DNA of 64,000 bases from Syntrophorhabdaceae bacterium (GTDB taxonomy: Bacteria; Desulfobacterota; Syntrophorhabdia; Syntrophorhabdales; Syntrophorhabdaceae): NCBI GenBank assembly GCA_963665295.1, contig OY762209.1, forward strand, positions 4,352,001 to 4,416,000. Direction: 5' to 3'. The position numbers were made by a program, and so were the translations under genes. This document shows, piece after piece, positions 54,993-64,000 of the stretch (positions within the stretch are counted from its first letter, which is position 1; each line of letters begins with the position of its first letter). The notes under the pieces are model-generated. The model was not told the origin of the DNA. It saw only the letters and a program-made list of their open reading frames with translations, and did no database searches.

Positions 54993-56213
54993 ATGGAGCA
55001 GACCATGGATATTGAAAGAGAGATAGAAATACTCAAAAGGGGCGCCGTCGATGTAATCAACGAAGCGGACCTCCGGCAGAAAATCCTAAAAGCCAGGGCC
55101 GAAGGCAGACCGTTGAGGGTCAAGTTGGGAATGGACCCCACCGCACCAGACCTCCACCTCGGCCACACCGTTGTCATCCAAAAACTCAAGCAATTTCAGG
55201 AACTCGGCCATACTGCGGTCTTCCTCATCGGAGATTTCACCGGCCTCATCGGAGACCCCACGGGCAGGATCGAAACCAGACCTACCCTTACCAAAGAACA
55301 ACTCATGGTAAATGCGCAGACATACAAGGATCAGATATTCAAAATCCTTGACCCGGAAAAGACCGAGATACGGTTTAACAGCGAGTGGATGGAAGCCCTG
55401 AACGCCGCCGACATGATCCGCCTCTGCGCCCAGTATACGGTAGCCCGTATGCTGGAAAGGGATGACTTCAGGAAAAGACTCCAGAACAATTTGTCTATCA
55501 GTATCCATGAATTCCTGTACCCTCTGGTGCAGGCTTACGATTCCGTGGCTTTAAGAGCGGATGTGGAACTCGGCGGACATGATCAGATTTTCAACCTTCT
55601 CGTAGGCAGGGACATCCAGCGGGTGTACGGCCAGGAATCACAGATCGTCCTCACGGTTCCCCTCCTGGAAGGCACGGACGGCGTGAATAAAATGAGTAAA
55701 AGTTACGGGAACTATGTCGGCATAGACGAACCTGCCGACGTAATGTTCGGCAAGCTCATGTCCATATCTGATGAGCTCATGCTGAAGTACTACGAACTCA
55801 TGAGCGATATTTCCCTTGAAGAGCTTAACACCCTGAAGGCAGGCATAAAGAGTGGAGAGGTCCATCCGAAGGCCGCCAAGATCGCCTTTGCCAAAGAGAT
55901 CATCACGAGATTTCATGGGGAAAAAGATGCCCAGGCGGCTCATGATAACTTTGAAAAAATATTCAAGAACAGGGAGATCCCCGACAATATAGAAGTCGTA
56001 ACGGTCAGGAGGGAAGACGCGGGCCCATGGCTGCCCAAACTCCTCACCCATATAGGCATGATCTCTTCCACCTCGGAAGGTAAGCGGATGATCGCCCAGG
56101 GCGCGGTCACGATAAATGGGACCAAGATCAAGACAGAGGACGTCCCGCAGGAAAACGAGCTTATCATCAAAGTGGGGAAGCGCAACTTCAGAAAGGTCCT
56201 TATCGAGGACTGA
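54993..56213 (+). CDS. tyrS: Tyrosine-tRNA ligase
   Basis: [17 protein letters not shown]-terminal S4-like domain. Confidence 0.97.
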   Translation: MEQTMDIEREIEILKRGAVDVINEADLRQKILKARAEGRPLRVKLGMDPTAPDLHLGHTVVIQKLKQFQELGHTAVFLIGDFTGLIGDPTGRIETRPTLTKEQLMVNAQTYKDQIFKILDPEKTEIRFNSEWMEALNAADMIRLCAQYTVARMLERDDFRKRLQNNLSISIHEFLYPLVQAYDSVALRADVELGGHDQIFNLLVGRDIQRVYGQESQIVLTVPLLEGTDGVNKMSKSYGNYVGIDEPADVMFGKLMSISDELMLKYYELMSDISLEELNTLKAGIKSGEVHPKAAKIAFAKEIITRFHGEKDAQAAHDNFEKIFKNREIPDNIEVVTVRREDAGPWLPKLLTHIGMISSTSEGKRMIAQGAVTINGTKIKTEDVPQENELIIKVGKRNFRKVLIED

Positions 56214-56485
56214 TTCGGCCCGGTGCCGGAGCCACCGTCTTGTCCGCCCCCATACGGAGTACCCCTCTCCCTTAACGCTCTGATCCCAAACCCCGTTGGC
56301 GTCGCCCCCTTTCAGGGGAACCCGGACCGAGGATCGTCCGGCACGCTCCTGCCGTCCCGTATGTCTCTCCGGGGCTTGAAATAAGACAGACTATATGGGA
56401 GAATGATGGTCGGTACGCACGTCTTTCGATCGCTTTTTAATCCATACCGCAAGATTAGGAAGCCGCGTGACAGGGAGGAACAGGT

Positions 56486-58198
56486 ATGGCATTCCGTTTA
56501 GGTGAACTTCTCGTAAGGATGTCCCAAATTACACAGAAACAGTTGGACGAAGCCCTTCTCCAGCAAAAGCTCGAGGGAGGCAGGATCGGAGAGGTCCTCA
56601 TAAGAAAGGGCCTTATCACGGAACCGGGGATCCTCGAGGCCCTGTCGAGACAGTTCGGAATACCCGTGGTCGACCTCGACAACACCACCATAGATGAGAC
56701 CGTCATAGGCCTCATCCCTGCGAACACGGCCCGCAAGTACACCATCATGCCTGTCAGCAAGAAGGGAAACACCCTCACCATAGCCATCGTAGACCCCACC
56801 AAGATTTTCGATCTGAAGGAGATTAAGATCTTCACAGGCTACAATATCGACCCCGTCCTCACCTCCGAAGCCGCCGTACTGAAAGCGATAGAGACCTACT
56901 ACGAAACGACCCACAACGTGGAGTTGAGGAAGTTGATGGATGACCTCGGCGCCACGGACAACGTTTCCCTGGAAATACTCGAGGAAGAAGAATCGGGAGA
57001 TGTGGCGAAGCTCGAATCGGATGCAAAACAACCGCCCGTGGTCCAGATAGTGAATCACATCTTTACCGAGGCCATCAAGAAGGGGGCCAGCGATATCCAC
57101 ATCGAACCCTTCGAAGACTCGGAGCGGATTCGTTATCGTATCGACGGTGTTCTATACGAGATCATCAGATTACCCATACGGTATAAGGACGGCGTAATAT
57201 CGAGGATCAAAGTGCTCTCACGCATGGACATCGCTGAAAAACGACTACCCCAGGACGGCAGGATCAAGATCCAGATGAAAATAGGCGGTCGTATGAAAAA
57301 TATCGACATCCGTGTTTCGTCGATCCCGACCCTCTTCGGCGAGAAGATCGTTATGCGACTCCTCGACAAAGAGGGTCTCATGCTTGATATGAGGAGGCTC
57401 GGATTCGAACCGGAGAGCCTGAACCTTTTCGAGAATGCCATCCTCAAACCGTGGGGCATGGTGCTCGTCACAGGGCCCACCGGCTCAGGCAAGACCAACA
57501 CCCTTTACAGCGCCATAGGAAGGATCAATACACCCGAGGTCAACATCATGACCGTCGAGGACCCCATCGAATTCAACCTCGACGGGATCAATCAGGTCCA
57601 GGTCCAGGAGTACATCGGGCTTACTTTCGCCTCAGTCCTTCGGTCTTTCCTGCGCCAGGATCCGAACATCATCCTGGTGGGCGAGGTCAGGGACAATGAA
57701 ACCGCGGAGATCGCCATCAAGGCCTCTCTTACAGGACACCTTGTATTGTCCACCCTCCACACGAACGACGCACCGTCCGCAATCATCCGCCTCATGGACA
57801 TGGGTATCGATCCCTTCCTGGTTGCCACATCGGTCATCCTTATAGCCGCACAACGACTCATTCGCAGGATCTGCCAGGAATGCAAGGAGCAGGTCACTCA
57901 TCCCCCAAGGGCGCTCATGGACATCGGTTTTTCCGAGGAAGACGCCAACAGCGTGCGCATATACAAAGGAAAGGGCTGCACCCGGTGCAACAACACGGGA
58001 TACAAAGGCAGGGTGGGCCTTTTTGAAGTAATGCCTGTAACGCCTGCCATCAGGGACCTCATCTTTGCCCGGGCGAACGCCTCTGACCTAAGAAAGAGGG
58101 CAATCGAGGAGGGCATGATCACCTTGAGGCAGAGCGGTCTCACCAAGATCAAGAACGGCGTGACCACCGTCGAAGAAGTTCTTCGGGAAACCTTTTGA
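56486..58198 (+). CDS. pilB: Type IV pilus assembly ATPase (PilB/GspE family)
   Basis: N-terminal RLGELL (MshEN-like), GPTGSGKT, LRQDP, CQEC/CTRC zinc site. Confidence 0.9.
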   Translation: MAFRLGELLVRMSQITQKQLDEALLQQKLEGGRIGEVLIRKGLITEPGILEALSRQFGIPVVDLDNTTIDETVIGLIPANTARKYTIMPVSKKGNTLTIAIVDPTKIFDLKEIKIFTGYNIDPVLTSEAAVLKAIETYYETTHNVELRKLMDDLGATDNVSLEILEEEESGDVAKLESDAKQPPVVQIVNHIFTEAIKKGASDIHIEPFEDSERIRYRIDGVLYEIIRLPIRYKDGVISRIKVLSRMDIAEKRLPQDGRIKIQMKIGGRMKNIDIRVSSIPTLFGEKIVMRLLDKEGLMLDMRRLGFEPESLNLFENAILKPWGMVLVTGPTGSGKTNTLYSAIGRINTPEVNIMTVEDPIEFNLDGINQVQVQEYIGLTFASVLRSFLRQDPNIILVGEVRDNETAEIAIKASLTGHLVLSTLHTNDAPSAIIRLMDMGIDPFLVATSVILIAAQRLIRRICQECKEQVTHPPRALMDIGFSEEDANSVRIYKGKGCTRCNNTGYKGRVGLFEVMPVTPAIRDLIFARANASDLRKRAIEEGMITLRQSGLTKIKNGVTTVEEVLRETF

Positions 58199-58639
58199 GC
58201 CGATCCCCCTTACTCATTTCCTGACATTGCGCGCCTTCCCCTCACTCCCCTTCCCTCGAAGCATGCTGTTATAGCTGCGGGCCCGATACCTGCTCCCCGC
58301 CCCTTATCGCCTTCCTCCTCACCCCCACTCCCCGACGGAGATGACGACTCCACATCATTGTTCTTAATTATATACAATTGTGTTGCAATAAGATACGGCT
58401 CATGCTATCATTCTACCATGATCTTCAAGAGATAACACCATGATGGGTATGATCATATTTCACAATAAATTCGTTTTCCTGCAAATGTTTTCCCCTGGAC
58501 CGCCCCTTCCCTTTTGCCCCTGATTACCACGGGACCGTCGGTGTACGGCCCGGGGAGCCGCGAAAAAACGGGAGGAACGCGACCGTCCGGAGGTTACGGG
58601 CCCATGGCGGACGAGCATTGTAAGGACAGGAGGATAGAT

Positions 58640-59452
58640 ATGACTATAACGGACAGAGGTCTTAAGACCGCTGAAGGTCCCGATGCAGAACGCCTTTTCC
58701 GTGTTCGGAACCACAATTTTTGGGAACAAAAGGCCGCAGAGTTCGCGGAAAGTACCTTGGGGGCCGGATATGCCGAGGGCTTTCTCGATATCATAGATGT
58801 GGAACAGGAATGGACTGTCCTCGACATGGCTTCCGGGGGAGGGACCATTGCCATTCCCCTCGCAGGGAAAGTGAAGAGTGTCACCGCTGTTGATTCTTCC
58901 GAGACAGTCCTTCAAATATTGGAAAGACGTTGCCGTGAGAAGAACATTACCAACATCACCCGGATCCGGGGGAGGTGGGAGGATGATTGGGATGCACTGG
59001 GTATCGGAACCCATGATGTGGCGATTGCGTCACGGTCTCTTCTCGCCTTCGATCCCCTCGCCGGTATAGGCAAGCTGAACCGGACAGCGAAAAGGCGGGT
59101 ATATATTTCCATGAGCGTGGGTGATGGCCCCTTTGACCGCAGGGTCTTCGAAGCCACCGGCAGGAAGCTCGATACGGGTCCGAGCTACACCTATATCTAC
59201 TATAATGTGCTCTATCAGCACCTCGGATTGCTCGCAAATATCGCCTTTGTCCGTGAAGAGTACGACAACGGGTGGGGGAGCCGGGAAGAAGCCCTGGATG
59301 CGCAACGGTGGATGTTTCACGACCTGACGGAAGAAGAGGAGGAGAAGTTGAGGTTTCATCTCGGCACGACCCTTATAGATGTGGACGGGAAATGGCGGCT
59401 GCCTTACGAAAGGCATTGCACCTGGGCCGTCCTTTGGTGGGAGAAGAAGTAA
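58640..59452 (+). CDS. Class I SAM-dependent methyltransferase
   Basis: VLDMASGGG, AVDSS, DVAIASRS; SD AGGAGG before ATG 58640. Confidence 0.8.
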   Translation: MTITDRGLKTAEGPDAERLFRVRNHNFWEQKAAEFAESTLGAGYAEGFLDIIDVEQEWTVLDMASGGGTIAIPLAGKVKSVTAVDSSETVLQILERRCREKNITNITRIRGRWEDDWDALGIGTHDVAIASRSLLAFDPLAGIGKLNRTAKRRVYISMSVGDGPFDRRVFEATGRKLDTGPSYTYIYYNVLYQHLGLLANIAFVREEYDNGWGSREEALDAQRWMFHDLTEEEEEKLRFHLGTTLIDVDGKWRLPYERHCTWAVLWWEKK

Positions 59453-59517
59453 CCGTCCCATCAGGACCGCGGGAGGGTCGAGTTCGGGCGACACCTGGAG
59501 AAAAGGGCCTCCTTTCT

Positions 59518-60453
59518 TCAGGTGCTCCCATCGTAAAGCCGCGACCCCTCAGCCCACAATTTCTCCGCCTCGTTCACGCCTATCCGCTTCAATATCACCC
59601 TGTCCCTGGGTTTCAGGTGGGCAAGACGGTCGCGGTCCGCCCTCGCCACCACCCCTACTCTCGCGTAACCCCCGATTGTCCGTTCGTAGAGCGTGATTAT
59701 GGGCGCCCCGTCTCCCGGGACCTGGATGGTCCCCGGCAAAATCCCCTCCGACACGATACTCCGTTCCGCCCCCTTCCTGAATGTCAGAGGTGCGCCGTCA
59801 AGCCTGATCCCTGTCCGGTTTATTCGCGGGGAGACCGTAAACCCTTCTTCTCTCCGGTCCCCGAAAAATCTCTCCAGCGACAGGCCGGTGAAGTTGCCCA
59901 TTTCAGGCCCCTCTACCACCCTCAAGATATGAGGCGGCACCACGGGAGGGACTGCGCCCGCAGGGGTCATTGACTTCCCGCCGGCTCTCACTTCCTCGAA
60001 AAGGATGAGATCCCCCCTCAGGAGAGGTCGTCCCGTAAATCCTCCGAACCTGCACTCCACATTGGTGGTGCGGCTTCCCATGCGCCTTTCGAGGGCCGGC
60101 GTACCGGAAAAACCTACATAATACCGGAACCCCTCCTTCACCTCTTTCACTGTCACCGTGCTGCCTTTGGGCACCGGGAAAGTTGCCCAGGGCTCCACCG
60201 GATCGTTATCGACGTGGATGACCACCTTCGCCCCCGTGACGGCGCACCACACGTCAAGTCCTGCCGTGAAAGAAAATCCGCTCCCCGTCACTTCAAGGGC
60301 GGGGGTGTCGGGCGGATTCCCGTTAAGGCTGTTCACCATACGAAAGGCGTAGCCATCCAGAGCGGATGACGGGGGAACGCCGATATCCGCGTAGCCGTGC
60401 CTTCCTCCATCCACAAAGAGCGCAAGCCAGGCCGGGTTTATCACCTCTATCAT
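59518..60453 (-). CDS. pxpC: 5-oxoprolinase subunit C (KipA-like)
   Basis: DGGRHGY..GVPPS, GSRTT, GTIQVP.DG.PII, GGYA. Confidence 0.85.
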   Translation of the reverse strand: MIEVINPAWLALFVDGGRHGYADIGVPPSSALDGYAFRMVNSLNGNPPDTPALEVTGSGFSFTAGLDVWCAVTGAKVVIHVDNDPVEPWATFPVPKGSTVTVKEVKEGFRYYVGFSGTPALERRMGSRTTNVECRFGGFTGRPLLRGDLILFEEVRAGGKSMTPAGAVPPVVPPHILRVVEGPEMGNFTGLSLERFFGDRREEGFTVSPRINRTGIRLDGAPLTFRKGAERSIVSEGILPGTIQVPGDGAPIITLYERTIGGYARVGVVARADRDRLAHLKPRDRVILKRIGVNEAEKLWAEGSRLYDGST

Positions 60454-61091
60454 ATCCGCACAAACCTCACCGTATCGCCTATCTTAAGCGTGCTGTAGGG
60501 CTCTTTCTCCGGGTCGAAGAGGGTGGCGTCCGTTTTGCCGATGATGCGCCATCCCGCTGGAGACTCATAGGGGTAGATGCCTGTCTGGAGCCGTGCCAGT
60601 CCCACCGAACCTTCAGGGACTTTCAGCCTCGGCGTTTCGAGCCTCGGGACGTACAGCCTCTTATCCAGTGTGGCCAGGTACGGAAAACCGGGCATAAAGC
60701 CCACCGCGAAGACCGTATATACGGCTGCGGCGTGGATCTCGACCACCTCTTCCTCCGTAAGTCCTGAATATGAACAGACATACTCCATGTCAGGCCCATA
60801 ACCGCCGCCATATCTGACCGGCACCTCATGGACCGCCGGTTCGGGAACGTAGGTGTCCTGGGCCTCCCCTTCCCTTTCAGCCAGCAGGGCCGACAGGGAG
60901 TCAAAGGACACATACCCGGCGTCAAAGCGCACAAGGCAGGATCTGAAGGATGGAATTATGTCAAGAACGCCTTCAAGTTCGAGGGATTTGACGAAATAAT
61001 ACCATCGTCTCACCTTTCTGTGGACTTCAAGGTCGATGCCCTCACCGAAAATTACACGAATGCCCTCTTCTCCGAGTCTCAGGAAGTCCAT
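60450..61091 (-). CDS. pxpB: 5-oxoprolinase subunit B (KipI-like)
   Basis: VPVRYGG..GPD, GFMPGFPYL, QTGIYP..SPAGW. Confidence 0.9.
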   Translation of the reverse strand: MDFLRLGEEGIRVIFGEGIDLEVHRKVRRWYYFVKSLELEGVLDIIPSFRSCLVRFDAGYVSFDSLSALLAEREGEAQDTYVPEPAVHEVPVRYGGGYGPDMEYVCSYSGLTEEEVVEIHAAAVYTVFAVGFMPGFPYLATLDKRLYVPRLETPRLKVPEGSVGLARLQTGIYPYESPAGWRIIGKTDATLFDPEKEPYSTLKIGDTVRFVRI

Positions 61092-61094
61092 ATC

Positions 61095-61874
61095 TCAAAT
61101 GAATGTGTTGAGGGGCGCCACTTCTATACCTTCCTCGCCCGCCCGTTCGCGGAGTCGTCGCGCCGCATCCACGCTCTCCATATTATCGCCGTGGATGCAT
61201 ATGGTGTCGATGTCCATGGCGAGCCAACGGCCGTTCACACTCTCGATGCCGCCCTTCATTACCATCTCGACCGCCCTCTCCGCGATTGAGATCCGGTCTC
61301 TTATGACCGAATTCTCCATGGTCCTTGCGAGGAGCCCCCCTTCGTCGCCATATTGCCGGTCAGGGAAAGCCTCCAGCGCAAGCCTGATCCCTTCCTGCCT
61401 GCATCTCTTTTTGAGCCCGGTTGCCTTTTCTGAACTGAGGGTTAAGAATATTACATTGCCGAACGCCTTTCTTACCGCAGTCACGACCTTCAGAAACAAG
61501 GCCTCTTCCGTCACCAGGTGGTGGTAAAGAGCCCCGTGCAACTTCACGTGCTGCAGAGGCAGCCCCGCAATATTGAGAAATCCCTGCAAGGCGCCCACCT
61601 GGTATACTACATAGTTGATCAATTCTTCCTGGGAAACATCCATGAACCTTCTCCCGAAGGCCAATATGTCGGGATACCCGGGATGAGCCCCCACCATTAC
61701 CCCATGTCTTTTGCACAGGGAGACGGTCTTCTCCATAACGGTCGGGTCGGACGCGTGAAAGCCACAGGCTACATTTGAAGATGTGATATGGCGAACCGCC
61801 TCCTCATCGTTTCCCAGCCGGTAAACACCCAGAGACTCACCCATATCACAGTTCACATCTACACGGAGAGGCAT
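61095..61874 (-). CDS. pxpA: 5-oxoprolinase subunit A (LamB/YcsF)
   Basis: DVNCDMGES, NVACGFHA, GAHPGYPD, HVKLHGALY, TICIHGD. Confidence 0.92.
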   Translation of the reverse strand: MPLRVDVNCDMGESLGVYRLGNDEEAVRHITSSNVACGFHASDPTVMEKTVSLCKRHGVMVGAHPGYPDILAFGRRFMDVSQEELINYVVYQVGALQGFLNIAGLPLQHVKLHGALYHHLVTEEALFLKVVTAVRKAFGNVIFLTLSSEKATGLKKRCRQEGIRLALEAFPDRQYGDEGGLLARTMENSVIRDRISIAERAVEMVMKGGIESVNGRWLAMDIDTICIHGDNMESVDAARRLRERAGEEGIEVAPLNTFI

Positions 61875-61968
61875 ATACTATATTACCAGAAAACCGGGAC
61901 TTTGAAAAACCCTAATCCTGTTTCACGCCATCGGCGGACGCCTCCGCCTGTCCTGCCGGGATCGGTCG

Positions 61969-62108
61969 GGTTCGACAATTTTGTCGTACCACACCTTTCC
62001 GGCCGACATTTGTCCCCCTTAAAGGACAATCCATGCCTAATATTCACGTACAATAACAACGTGTTGCATACATATACCCACCATACACTCCGTGGCATCG
62101 GTATTGCA
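61969..62108 (+). promoter_or_regulatory. Sigma54-type promoter with upstream palindromic enhancer-like site
   Basis: TGGCAT-CGGTA-TTGCA at 62093-62108 (GG to GC spacing correct); GGTTCGACAATTTTGTCGTACC at 61969-61990. Confidence 0.6.
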
Positions 62109-62355
62109 TTTTAAACTCCACGATTGAAATTACTTCCTAATGGGGGTTACAATGACGAAATGGCGTGCAAGTCCTGCAACAGCCCTTTTTTGCAGCTATC
62201 AAGGGTCCGGACGCCCCACGGCCATGTCCTTTGACAAACCCGGTCAGCTGCGTCACGCTGTCGGGCCATGGGGCCTGCATTCCTGGCATCGGTCGAAGGA
62301 CAAGCGGCGTTACCGGGGCTCGCCGGTTCGCAGGGGTGCGCGTTCCATATAGCTT

Positions 62356-62952
62356 ATGAACTACGGAAAACAGATCCTTCTGGTTATTCTTTTGCTGGCC
62401 CTCTTTCCGGCGGCGTCCCTCTATGCACAAAACAGGTACTCGGAATTTGAAAGGGACCTTCAGCTTTCAGAATCGCAGAAATCACAGGTAGAAGAGACAA
62501 AGAGAAGATACATGGACGAACTCAGGGGGCTTAACCAGGAGTATATCAACAAACGGTTGGAACTGAGACAACTGGACTCGAACCCATCGGCCAACAAGGA
62601 AAGGCGGGAAAGGCTTCAAAGAGAATTGGGAACGATAGAAGGCTCGCGGCATAACCTGTTCAATCAGTACCGGTCCGAAGTGACGAGGGCCCTGAACCAG
62701 GACCAAAGGGACAGGTACAACAATTTCGTTGACACAGAGCAGAGAAGAACCATGAATCGCCCTGTAAGCCCTCCCATGAACCGGTTGAGCCCTCCCCCTG
62801 TCGATCAGTATACCGGTCACCCTGCCCCCCGGGGCGTGAACCCTCCTTCCGGCCCCCAGTATGGCCCGACGCCCCCCATGAACCGGCCACAGGCCCCTTC
62901 TTCAATACGTCCGCCCGTCACGTCCCCTCGAATGAGAGGCTATGGAAGATAA
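62356..62952 (+). CDS. Exported helical protein (ZraP/Spy/CpxP-like) with Pro-rich tail
   Basis: Signal peptide ending SLYA-Q; LQLSESQK and ALNQDQR resemble LTxxQ motifs; Pro-rich C-terminus. Confidence 0.6.
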   Translation: MNYGKQILLVILLLALFPAASLYAQNRYSEFERDLQLSESQKSQVEETKRRYMDELRGLNQEYINKRLELRQLDSNPSANKERRERLQRELGTIEGSRHNLFNQYRSEVTRALNQDQRDRYNNFVDTEQRRTMNRPVSPPMNRLSPPPVDQYTGHPAPRGVNPPSGPQYGPTPPMNRPQAPSSIRPPVTSPRMRGYGR

Positions 62953-64000
62953 ACGGGCCATAGTCTATCCATCCCTGCTCTTCGGCATTCTCTTTCTCCT
63001 TATTTCGATAACAGGGTACCTTCAAATACGGATAACCCAGAAGAATATCGGAAACCTCCTTCTGGACGAAGGCGAAATCCTGTTCAAGCACGTGAAAAGA
63101 GAGATCGACCTGAACCTTGAGTACCTTGATCAACTCGACAGGTCTCCCTCCCTGATAACGCCAAACCTTATCACGCTCATGTCATACGACGAGGCTATCG
63201 TGGAGGACCTTTACAACCTCATTCACAGCACGCCCGACGTGCCTCGGGAGCTTCCCTTTTCCAACCTGCTGGCAATGGACGACAAGGGTCGGACAATCTT
63301 CAGAAGGGGGGCCATAACCGTGCCTCCTGCCCGTGTGAAGCGGCTTCTCTCGGGTCAACTGGGGACCGTGGTGAGGATGCCTGACGCAAAAGACCGGACT
63401 CTCTTCATGGGGGTCAGGCTGAAGGACTCCATGGTGTTTGTGGTCCTGAATGACGGCGAGTTGAGGGCCCTCCGGAAGAAACTGGTGGTCAAGGATATCC
63501 TTGAAAGGGAGGAGAAGGGCTTTAACATTGTCGGTATAACCGTCTACGACTCGACAAATTCCCCTTTTGTCACGCTGGTCGGAAGGAAAGACAAGGCCTT
63601 TACCCTCCGCAAGACGCTCGGCTCCAGGTTCTTGCCCGGTTACACGCTGGAAGTCCTTATATCCCGGCAACCGGCCGACAATACCCTCAAAAGGACCGCT
63701 TTCAGCTTCATTGTCATGCTCCTTCTTCTTGCCCTGTCGGGAGCCTTGAGTACCTATGCCATATTCCTCCTGGAAAGAAGACACCGGGACAAGATGAAGG
63801 ACGTGGAAAAGGATATGGAACTGAAAGAAAGACTTGTCTCCCTGGGGAGACTCGCCTCCGGCATGGCCCATGAAATACGGAACCCGCTCAACGCCATCAG
63901 TATGTCGGCCCAGAGACTGAAGAGAGAATTTACTCCCGAAAAAGATCGGGAAGAATATTACAAATTTATCGATATCATGAGGGGAGAGCTTCTCAGAGTG
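62942..64000 (+). CDS. Membrane sensor histidine kinase (NtrB/ZraS-like), runs off window
   Basis: Manual translation from ATG 62942: two TM segments, then ERLVSLGRLASGMAHEIRNPLNAI H-box. Confidence 0.9.
   Translation, partial: MEDKRAIVYPSLLFGILFLLISITGYLQIRITQKNIGNLLLDEGEILFKHVKREIDLNLEYLDQLDRSPSLITPNLITLMSYDEAIVEDLYNLIHSTPDVPRELPFSNLLAMDDKGRTIFRRGAITVPPARVKRLLSGQLGTVVRMPDAKDRTLFMGVRLKDSMVFVVLNDGELRALRKKLVVKDILEREEKGFNIVGITVYDSTNSPFVTLVGRKDKAFTLRKTLGSRFLPGYTLEVLISRQPADNTLKRTAFSFIVMLLLLALSGALSTYAIFLLERRHRDKMKDVEKDMELKERLVSLGRLASGMAHEIRNPLNAISMSAQRLKREFTPEKDREEYYKFIDIMRGELLRV

Noticed and set aside
58448..58465. Fourth Rex-like site (TATGATCATATTTCACAA)
   Set aside because: Only the right half matches the consensus

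Overview
Core chromosomal window of an anaerobic deltaproteobacterium-like organism. Gene content (Re-citrate synthase, AMP-forming Acs, headless complex I, RNase Y) suggests a Syntrophus/Syntrophorhabdus-type syntroph, which is an inference. 1-16.7 kb is the str-S10-spc-alpha ribosomal supercluster on the minus strand. In it rplC (L3) and adk are absent, rpsC is broken by a 1-nt deletion, and the str-operon EF-G looks divergent. 17-30 kb holds an OFA-family MFS transporter, acs, an intact IS1380-family element with IRs and a 4-bp target duplication, tatA, sua5, a DnaA-box/IHF-like cluster, ftsY, tatC, dedA and a lytic transglycosylase. 31-42 kb is a 12-gene complex I-like operon with no NuoEFG and four antiporter-like subunits. 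42-58 kb holds a tautomerase, ubiE/menG, aspS, a Re-citrate synthase(+Cache)-LeuC/LeuD-like-icd cluster, prfB (+1 frameshift), zapB-zapA-6S RNA-rny-ymdB-tyrS and an orphan pilB. 58-64 kb holds a methyltransferase, pxpABC and a sigma54-type unit with a periplasmic helical protein and a sensor kinase. The most interesting items are the four-antiporter headless complex I, the probable LeuCD-type aconitase route to 2-oxoglutarate, the clean absence of rplC, and Rex-like boxes shared by the acs, OFA and nuo promoters. All calls come from reading the sequence; no searches were run.
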